A DNA stretch of 64,000 nt, from the NCBI GenBank assembly GCA_963804165.1, contig CAWDPO010000020.1, forward strand, positions 1 to 64,000. Reading direction: 5' to 3'. Source of the DNA: an uncultured delta proteobacterium. GTDB taxonomy: Bacteria > Desulfobacterota > Binatia > UBA9968. The position numbers and the translations under genes are program-made. Below the pieces are notes generated by a model. That model was not told the origin of the DNA. It searched no databases and saw only the letters and a list, made by a program, of their open reading frames with translations. Below are positions 57,492 to 64,000 of this stretch, piece by piece (the stretch's first letter is position 1; every line of letters starts with the position of its first letter).

Positions 57492-59222
57492 TTAATACTT
57501 GCGCTCCTCCGGCTGCCAGCGGGTAATGGTCACTGGCAGGTATTCGATTCTCGGTCCATCGGGCGTTCGGCAGGCAAGAGTGTGTTTCAGAAAGTTTGCG
57601 TCGTCCCGTTTCGGAAAGTCCGTCCGAGTATGAGAGCCGCGCGACTCCTTGCGCTTGAGCGCGGAATTTGCGACGGTCTCAGCCACGTCGAGCATGTAGT
57701 CCAGCTCGAGCGCGTTCATAAGTTCGGTGTTAAACGTGCTGTCTCGATCTTCAATGATGATGTTCTTAAAACGCTCTCGCAGAGCTCTCAGCGTGTCGCA
57801 AGTCTTCTGCATGCTCTGTTCAACGCGATAGATTCCTGCGCCTTCTTCCATTGTTTTTTGCATCTCTTGGCGAATCGTCGCGATTTTTTCCTTGCCGCCG
57901 TCCTTCTTCAAGAAGTGGCGATCGAGACGCTTTTGTTCGTCGGCCGCGAGCGCCTCGATTTTTGCCGAGGCGGGTGCCGAAGCGGTGGAGGCATAGGTCG
58001 CTGCAGAGCGGCCTGCCCGATTGCCAAAGACCAATAGCTCGGTCAGGGAGTTAGAACCCAACCGGTTGCCGCCGTTAAGCGAAACGCAGGCGGTTTCTCC
58101 CGCGGCGTAGAGCCCGGCGAGATTTGTTTTGGCGTTTATGTCCGTCGAGATCCCGCCCATCATGTAGTGTACCACCGGTCGAACCGGAATGGGCTCATGA
58201 ACCGGGTCGATGCCGACGTATTTGCTCGCTAGCTCTCGGACAAAGGGTAGTTTCTTGTCGATCACTTCCTCGCCCAAGTGGCGCAGATCGAGATGCACGT
58301 AGTGACCGTAAGGGCCGTCGAAGGTGCGGCCTTTGGCGAATTCCTGCATGTGACAACGCGATAGAATGTCACGCGGCCCCAGTTCCATCTTGCGGTGCGT
58401 GGGCGTATCGGTCGGCGGGCCGAGTCCGTAATCTTGGAGATAGCGGTAGCCGTCCTTGTTCTTTAGCCACCCGCCTTCACCGCGCGATGCTTCGGTAATC
58501 AAAATTCCCGTTCCCGGCAATCCCGTGGGATGGTACTGGACGAACTCCATGTCTTTGAGGGGGACTCCCGCTCGATAGGCTGCTGCCATGCCATCCCCGG
58601 TGTTGATCGCGGCGTTGGTGGTGAAAGGGAAGATGCGGCCTCCTCCTCCCGTACATAGGATAACGCTTTTGCCGGCAATGACTTCTACCTTGCCGGTATA
58701 AAGATTGATCGATGTGACACCGCACACTTTGCCGTCATCGACCAACAATGAAGTGAGAAAACACTCATCGTAGCGAACGATGCTTTCATACTTCAGAGAA
58801 GTCTGGAACAGGCTGTGGAGCAAGTGAAAGCCAGTTTTGTCCGCGGCAAAAAGCGTGCGATCGGCGCTCATGCCGCCGAAGGACCTGACGCTCACACGAC
58901 CGTCAGGATCGCGGCTCCACGGGCAACCCCAGTGCTCCAGTTGGATAAGTTCTCCAGGAGCCTCTTGGACAAAAGCCTCGACAGCATCTTGGTCCGCCAG
59001 GAAGTCAGCACCAAAAATGGTGTCCTTCGCATGGAGATCGAGGCTATCGAAATCGCGCATAACTGCCGCGGTTCCTCCTTCCGCGGAAACCGTGTGACTT
59101 CTCATCGGATAAACCTTGGAGATTAATGCGATCGATAGCTTATTCGATATCTCTGCTGCGGCTATGGCGGCGCGCAGGCCGGCACCTCCGCCGCCAACGA
59201 TTACGATGTCATGAGTAAACAT
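57492..59222 (-). CDS. frdA: Fumarate reductase flavoprotein subunit
   Basis: [16 protein letters not shown] (covalent-FAD His), [20 protein letters not shown]. Confidence 0.93.
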   Translation of the reverse strand: MFTHDIVIVGGGGAGLRAAIAAAEISNKLSIALISKVYPMRSHTVSAEGGTAAVMRDFDSLDLHAKDTIFGADFLADQDAVEAFVQEAPGELIQLEHWGCPWSRDPDGRVSVRSFGGMSADRTLFAADKTGFHLLHSLFQTSLKYESIVRYDECFLTSLLVDDGKVCGVTSINLYTGKVEVIAGKSVILCTGGGGRIFPFTTNAAINTGDGMAAAYRAGVPLKDMEFVQYHPTGLPGTGILITEASRGEGGWLKNKDGYRYLQDYGLGPPTDTPTHRKMELGPRDILSRCHMQEFAKGRTFDGPYGHYVHLDLRHLGEEVIDKKLPFVRELASKYVGIDPVHEPIPVRPVVHYMMGGISTDINAKTNLAGLYAAGETACVSLNGGNRLGSNSLTELLVFGNRAGRSAATYASTASAPASAKIEALAADEQKRLDRHFLKKDGGKEKIATIRQEMQKTMEEGAGIYRVEQSMQKTCDTLRALRERFKNIIIEDRDSTFNTELMNALELDYMLDVAETVANSALKRKESRGSHTRTDFPKRDDANFLKHTLACRTPDGPRIEYLPVTITRWQPEERKY

Positions 59223-59374
59223 TTCGAGTTGTCTTATATGCTGACTCGCTAGGTGTCAAGGCAGTGATACGATTAGAGAACAATTTTCCATCCGTACGGC
59301 CAAGAGAGGATCCTGGCTGCACGAACTACTCTGTAATCTTTCTTGGAGACGCAAAGGAAATAGTAAAGAATTGT

Positions 59375-59707
59375 CTACCTTGCCGGCGCGACACCGGCTT
59401 CTTTGGCCTGGTCCGCGGCGTCGAGCTTCATGTATTGCTCGACGATCTGCGGCACATCTTCTTTGGTCACCTTCATATACCACAGCCCTTCGGGCCAAAC
59501 CATCATGTTGGGGCCGAATGCGCAGACGTCTAAACAACCCGATCTGACGACACGAATCTTGCCTTTTAGGTTGCGTTCTTTGCAGACCCTTCTAAGTTCT
59601 TCGACGACTTCTTCCGACCCGCTATAACCGCACGACGGGCTTTCACCGTTGCGGTTGTTGATGCACACGTGGATTTGACGGACATAAGGCTGTGGGCGCC
59701 GAATCAC
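59375..59707 (-). CDS. Thioredoxin-like [2Fe-2S] ferredoxin
   Basis: HVC...SC...SGCLDVCAFGP...PEGLWY. Confidence 0.88.
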   Translation of the reverse strand: MIRRPQPYVRQIHVCINNRNGESPSCGYSGSEEVVEELRRVCKERNLKGKIRVVRSGCLDVCAFGPNMMVWPEGLWYMKVTKEDVPQIVEQYMKLDAADQAKEAGVAPAR

Positions 59708-60038
59708 GGATTGTCCCTTCAGATGTTGGAATCAATGGGTTTATAGCAGAAAAAAAAATCGTTTGCACGCGGCGCGGCGGCTTGATTTCCCCATGCACGC
59801 TACCGTTGAAGTCGGCATTAGGTGCCCGCTGTAACAGCTCGCCGTTTTCATATTCCATCTATTGTCCTTGTCTCAGACTCGCCGAATCCATAGAATCCCA
59901 CCGGGGCGATTGGATTCAAGCTGGAGTGTATTTAACCGGGCTTCTGGACGTTACTTTAGGGGGATACAGCTATTGCCGCGCGCGGTGCCAATCCGGCATG
60001 TAGCGTTGTGTCTGATGTGAATCGGCTTAGAGGAGCGT

Positions 60039-60160
60039 ATGTCGCGGGATAAACCTGTATTGCGGGCTCTAAGACTCCTGTCGCTCATCGAAAAAAACGG
60101 CAGCGGGTTGCGCGTTACGGATATGGCCGAGCAGCTCGGCGCGAATGCGAGAGCGGTTGG
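60039..60160 (+). pseudogene. N-terminal HTH remnant of a transcriptional regulator (possibly WYL-type)
   Basis: GAGGAG SD; MSRDKPVLRALRLLSLIEKNGSGLRVTDMAEQLGANARAV, after which similarity is lost. Confidence 0.45.
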
Positions 60161-60214
60161 CAGGGTCGAGTACGAGGTGGTTCACGTCCTGATCGATCGA
60201 GGTTTCGATCTTGA

Positions 60215-60420
60215 TACGCTTTTTGGCTGGCGTGGCGCGTTGAAACGATCGTCGCGAAGCCGCTGCGTAGATATCCGGGAGAAAAATATTGAGCTACGCC
60301 ACCACCCGGTTTGACGATCCGAATGGACGAGCCTTGATCATCGGGTTTGCCCTTGCGGCTCACGGAGGAAATCGAACCGGACGGATTTTTATGGGAGATC
60401 GGAGCGGCGATTGGCTTGTG
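60215..60420 (+). pseudogene. Degenerate fragment of a second family-5 uracil-DNA glycosylase
   Basis: [37 protein letters not shown] matches the 62437 gene ([37 protein letters not shown]); stop codon and frameshift upstream. Confidence 0.8.
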
Positions 60421-60618
60421 GTCGTTGTTGGTGAAAATTGAATCGTTTACAAATGGGTGGATGTCTCGCTAAAAACAATAACGTGCATGAGAAGATTGCT
60501 GGTATTTTGTCGATGCAGGGGGCGAATGACTAACTTTGTTTACAGTGGGCAGGATTGAGTGACTAAACTAAACAGTCGGCACACACATCGAAGCTTATCG
60601 AAAGCCCGAGTCGAAGAT

Positions 60619-62034
60619 TTATTGGAGTCTTGCTTGTTCTTCCACACCCTGCGGGACTAAATCGCGCTCTATCGATATTCTCGTTTCAGCCCTCTTGTTC
60701 GCATTCTCGGGCTGAATGCCGCCCAATAAATCCTGGGAAGCGGGGAGCAGCATTGTGAACGTTGTTCCGACGCCCTCCTTGCTCTCCACGGCGACGGTGC
60801 CATCGTGAGCCTCCACGATGGTTTTGACTATAAAAAGCCCGAGCCCGGTACCTTCGATGTTGGCAGCTCCTTTGAGACGTCCGTATTCGGAGAACAAGCT
60901 CGAGAGTTCTTCTTTCGGTATCCCCGCGCCGGTGTCCGTCACTTGTATTGAAATACTTTTCTTGACCATTCGAGTGCTCACAGTGATGCTGCCCCCGGCA
61001 GGGGTAAACTTTATGGCGTTGCTGACTAGATTCAACACCGCGCGTTGAAGTTGATGTTCGTCTCCTAGGACCGGTTTTAGTTCCTTATCGAGATCGAGAG
61101 ACAGTTGAAGATTTTCTTCGCGGGCCGTCACCATTTGTTGGAGTACGATGTCTTCGGCGATGGCATTGATCTGAACCAAATTTTTCGCAGAATCTAACGT
61201 CAATGTTTCCAGCTTCGAAACAGCCAAAAAATCGGTGATCAGTTTTACGATACCATCGATATTTTTACGGATGCATGTGATAGAGGACAGCTTTCCCGTC
61301 GAATCCGGCTGGCTGCCGTAATCTGCAGCGAGCAGTTCCGCATGGCCGAGAATGACGTTGAGGGGCGTCTTGATGTCATGCGCGAGGGCAGAAACGAATT
61401 GACGCTTTAACCTCATCGTGGCTTCCATTTTCTCCACCCGTCTCTTTTCTCGCTTAACTTGACTCGCCAGATAACCATAAAAGATGGATATACCGAACAT
61501 GAAGGGCACGCGAATCAAGAAGTTTGGCTTGATGGTCAACACATCTGCCGCATTTGGGGATACAAACACGAGAAACACAAGGCTCAGAAGCACGCATCCG
61601 ACACCAATCTGAATTAGATTTTCCCCTATAGCCGCGATCAAGACGCAGAAAAAAAACAGCAGCAGTAGGTCCCACGGTGCTTCCTGCGTTAGGATAGCGG
61701 AAACAATCAGAATGGAGTCTAGAATGAGAAGGCCGGGCTCAATTAGGTGGTTTTTAAAGGTCTCTTCGGAAATGCGCTTCAGTAAGGAAGCTGATCCAAG
61801 GCATACCAAGATTAATAGTGCCGGGATTGGATCGGTCAGACTCCAATTATTTGCGGCGAATACCAGGTAAGAAGTGCCGATTGCAACCAGCCATTGGATG
61901 GCGATGATAGCGTTCCGGTCTTCTCGGATCGAGGTCCCGTCACGACCGCGTGAACTCCAGGGACCGAGCCATTGCGACATTACTTTGCCGTTTGAAAGTG
62001 AGATCGGCCACTGGAGCGAAGATTCACTGTTCAC
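60619..62034 (-). CDS. Membrane sensor histidine kinase (multi-TM + HisKA + HATPase)
   Basis: LAHDIKTPL, NLVSNAIKF, DTGAGI, GTGLGL; start placed at GTG 62034 after AAGGAG (uncertain). Confidence 0.92.
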   Translation of the reverse strand: MNSESSLQWPISLSNGKVMSQWLGPWSSRGRDGTSIREDRNAIIAIQWLVAIGTSYLVFAANNWSLTDPIPALLILVCLGSASLLKRISEETFKNHLIEPGLLILDSILIVSAILTQEAPWDLLLLFFFCVLIAAIGENLIQIGVGCVLLSLVFLVFVSPNAADVLTIKPNFLIRVPFMFGISIFYGYLASQVKREKRRVEKMEATMRLKRQFVSALAHDIKTPLNVILGHAELLAADYGSQPDSTGKLSSITCIRKNIDGIVKLITDFLAVSKLETLTLDSAKNLVQINAIAEDIVLQQMVTAREENLQLSLDLDKELKPVLGDEHQLQRAVLNLVSNAIKFTPAGGSITVSTRMVKKSISIQVTDTGAGIPKEELSSLFSEYGRLKGAANIEGTGLGLFIVKTIVEAHDGTVAVESKEGVGTTFTMLLPASQDLLGGIQPENANKRAETRISIERDLVPQGVEEQARLQ

Positions 62035-62146
62035 AAACTTCTCCTTCGATAATTTCTCGGATGATGATCGCGCCAGGCCGGCGCCCCAACCTACTTGTTT
62101 TCTAAAGTAAACGGTTGCAATCGATCCTCCGGATCTGATCTTTTGA

Positions 62147-62161
62147 GCATCTTCCGTGCCA
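62147..62161 (-). promoter_or_regulatory. Candidate sigma54 -24/-12 promoter for the histidine kinase
   Basis: TGGCACGGAAGATGC with correct GG-N10-GC spacing. Confidence 0.45.
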
Positions 62162-62436
62162 ACGCCTCGTACCATAAGTTGGTGTCGATTTTTTAAGGAG
62201 ATAGCATTCAGCCGTTAATTGGCCGATGACATATTGGGACATTCTTGGCGGATTTTACCAAAAATGAACTTTTCCAAGGTAGTAGAAGCAAAGCCGCAGA
62301 CTATGCACCTGATGCGAGAGAGTGTTAAAACCATAGTTCAGCCCGGCATCGTCGGGTCGCAGTATTCGCGAGTCTTGAGGGTTTAAGTCGTTAATTCTTT
62401 TCGTTCCCGCACCGTTGTGCTAGCAGAAGAAAAAAG

Positions 62437-63120
62437 ATGGCCGCGATCAAACAACTCAACGAGTCGATCATTCGATGCAAAAGGTGCCCGCGGCTGGTGC
62501 GGTGGCGAGAAGCGGCAGCGAAAAATCCGCCGCGGCGTTATCTCGGACAAAGCTACTGGGCCAAACCGCTGCCGGGATTCGGCGACCCGAAGGCGCGTGT
62601 TCTCATCGTCGGCCTGGCTCCTGCGGCGCACGGCGGCAATCGCACCGGACGCATGTTTACGGGAGACCGCAGCGGCGATTGGCTTTACGGCGCGCTTCAC
62701 GCCGCGGGTTTTGCCAATCAGGCCAATTCCGATCATCGCGACGACGGCCTGAAGCTCCGCGAGTGTTACATCACCGCGGCGGTGCACTGCGCGCCGCCGG
62801 GAAACAGGCCGGCGATTGGCGAATTCCAGCGCTGCCGGCCTTACTTGGTACAAGAGCTGAGACATTTTCGCCAAGTGAAAGTGGTGATCGCGCTCGGCAA
62901 GATTGCCTTCGATTCGTTTATCAAAGCCTATGAAGAAGCCGGTGGAACGATTACCAAACCGCGGCCAAAATTCGGCCATGGCGTCGCGGTGGACTTGCCA
63001 AATGGTCAGCGACTAATCTGCTCGTATCATCCGAGCCAGCAAAACACCTTCACCGGGAAACTCACGAGACCGATGTTTCAAAGTATCTTTGATCGAGCGC
63101 GCGCGATACTGAACGATTAG
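62437..63120 (+). CDS. udgB: Uracil-DNA glycosylase family 5 (Fe-S)
   Basis: [32 protein letters not shown]. Confidence 0.9.
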   Translation: MAAIKQLNESIIRCKRCPRLVRWREAAAKNPPRRYLGQSYWAKPLPGFGDPKARVLIVGLAPAAHGGNRTGRMFTGDRSGDWLYGALHAAGFANQANSDHRDDGLKLRECYITAAVHCAPPGNRPAIGEFQRCRPYLVQELRHFRQVKVVIALGKIAFDSFIKAYEEAGGTITKPRPKFGHGVAVDLPNGQRLICSYHPSQQNTFTGKLTRPMFQSIFDRARAILND

Positions 63121-63134
63121 ATACGCGCCATCAA

Positions 63135-63859
63135 ATGGGAATCGGGGATCTTTTATGCGCTCGTCGCCGGGCTTTTTTGGGGCACGAGTCCGGTGCTGGT
63201 GAAACGCGGGTTGGCGGGTGCCGACGTGAGCGCGGCGACGCTCTACCAACAAGCAACGATTCTTCTAACGCTATTCGTCTCCGCGCTGCTCGAAGGGGAT
63301 TTATTCGCCGGCAAGATCCCTTCGGTCGCCGTGCTTATTTTCGCCGGCACCGGTGTCGTCGGCGCCTATCTCGGCCGGACGCTCTTCGTCAGAAGCGTCG
63401 ATCAGATCGGCGCCTCGCGGGCGCAGTCGCTCAATAACTCCGCGCCTCTGATCACGTTGGCGGGTGTGCTTTTGGCGGCGGCCGTGACGTCGGCGAAGGA
63501 GTCTGTCTTTTGCCGTCCTGATCGGCGTGATGTTTATCATCTCCGGCGTCTTTCTTCGTGCCGAGCCAAATTCGAACGGCTGCGCCGGACGGCAAATCCG
63601 CGACCACGGCGGGTCACTCTGGCTGCCAGCCATTAAGCGACAGCTTTGCGGTTTTCTCTACGCCATCGGTTCGATCTTTACTTTGAAAGCGCTGGTGCAC
63701 GCGCCTGCTTCCATAGTTGCGCCGATCTGGAGCGCGCAGCCTATCGTCAGTTTCTTTTTAGCGAAGACCACGCTCAAGGGCATCGAAGACGTCAAGTTCA
63801 AGGACGGCGCGGCGGCGGCGCTGGTCGTCGTCGGCGTTTTGGTGTTACGGTGGGGATGA
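63135..63859 (+). pseudogene. EamA/DMT-family transporter, frameshifted and apparently internally shortened
   Basis: GIFYALVAGLFWGTSPVLVKRG..., IGASRA, APASIVAPIWSAQP across three frames. Confidence 0.65.
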
Positions 63860-63866
63860 AAGAGTC

Positions 63867-63895
63867 GTTCAAGGGTTCAAGGTTCAAACGTTCAA
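63867..63895 (+). repeat. Tandem GTTCAA units (7-8 nt period, x4)
   Basis: gttcaagg gttcaag gttcaaac gttcaa. Confidence 0.6.
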
Positions 63896-63917
63896 TAGGA
63901 GAATTGCGGAGATTACG

Positions 63918-64000
63918 ATGAGCGTGAAAGAAGGCAGAGATCATTTCGAGATCGAAGCGGAATTAAGAAGGCGAGTTGAAGGCGATATTCACTTCGACCG
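63918..64000 (+). CDS. 5' end of a probable FAD-linked oxidoreductase (runs off the window)
   Basis: GGAG SD; MSVKEGRDHFEIEAELRRRVEGDIHFD resembles the N-terminus of FAD-binding oxidases. Confidence 0.5.
   Translation, partial: MSVKEGRDHFEIEAELRRRVEGDIHFD

Overview
A GC-rich bacterial chromosome segment. Gene order and paralog types suggest a Deltaproteobacteria-like lineage, probably Ca. Binatia (inference only). Housekeeping blocks: comM, guaB-guaA, dnaE-hflX-pgsA-like-tRNA-Val-thrS-infC-rpmI-rplT-pheST-ihfA-merR-like-tRNA-Pro, pcm-nlpD-apt, nuoI-thiC, purC, pilT-pilU, frdABCD and udgB. These alternate with decayed accessory patches at about 2.9-7.4 kb, 32.3-39.0 kb and 59.8-60.6 kb. Several conserved genes carry single-base frameshifts (tctC-like, comM, guaB, guaA, FmdB-like, EamA), most likely assembly errors. 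Main findings: (1) five paralogs of an unrecognised protein built from an internally duplicated LRxxGxx(L/V)(E/D/N) unit, three of them in tandem after pilTU; (2) a minus-strand unit of ubiD, a UxxC selenoprotein (ArsC/Spx-like, in-frame TGA) and DUF2294/MpsC, followed by a promoter, a riboswitch-like attenuator resembling the DUF1646/Na+ class, a second terminator and an unannotated 34-aa membrane peptide; (3) a partner-switching operon with no sigma factor, containing an MBL-fold hydrolase fused to a degenerate HATPase; (4) a leader terminator before guaB; (5) a collapsed flagellar gene relic. No CRISPR array, rRNA or intact transposase was seen.
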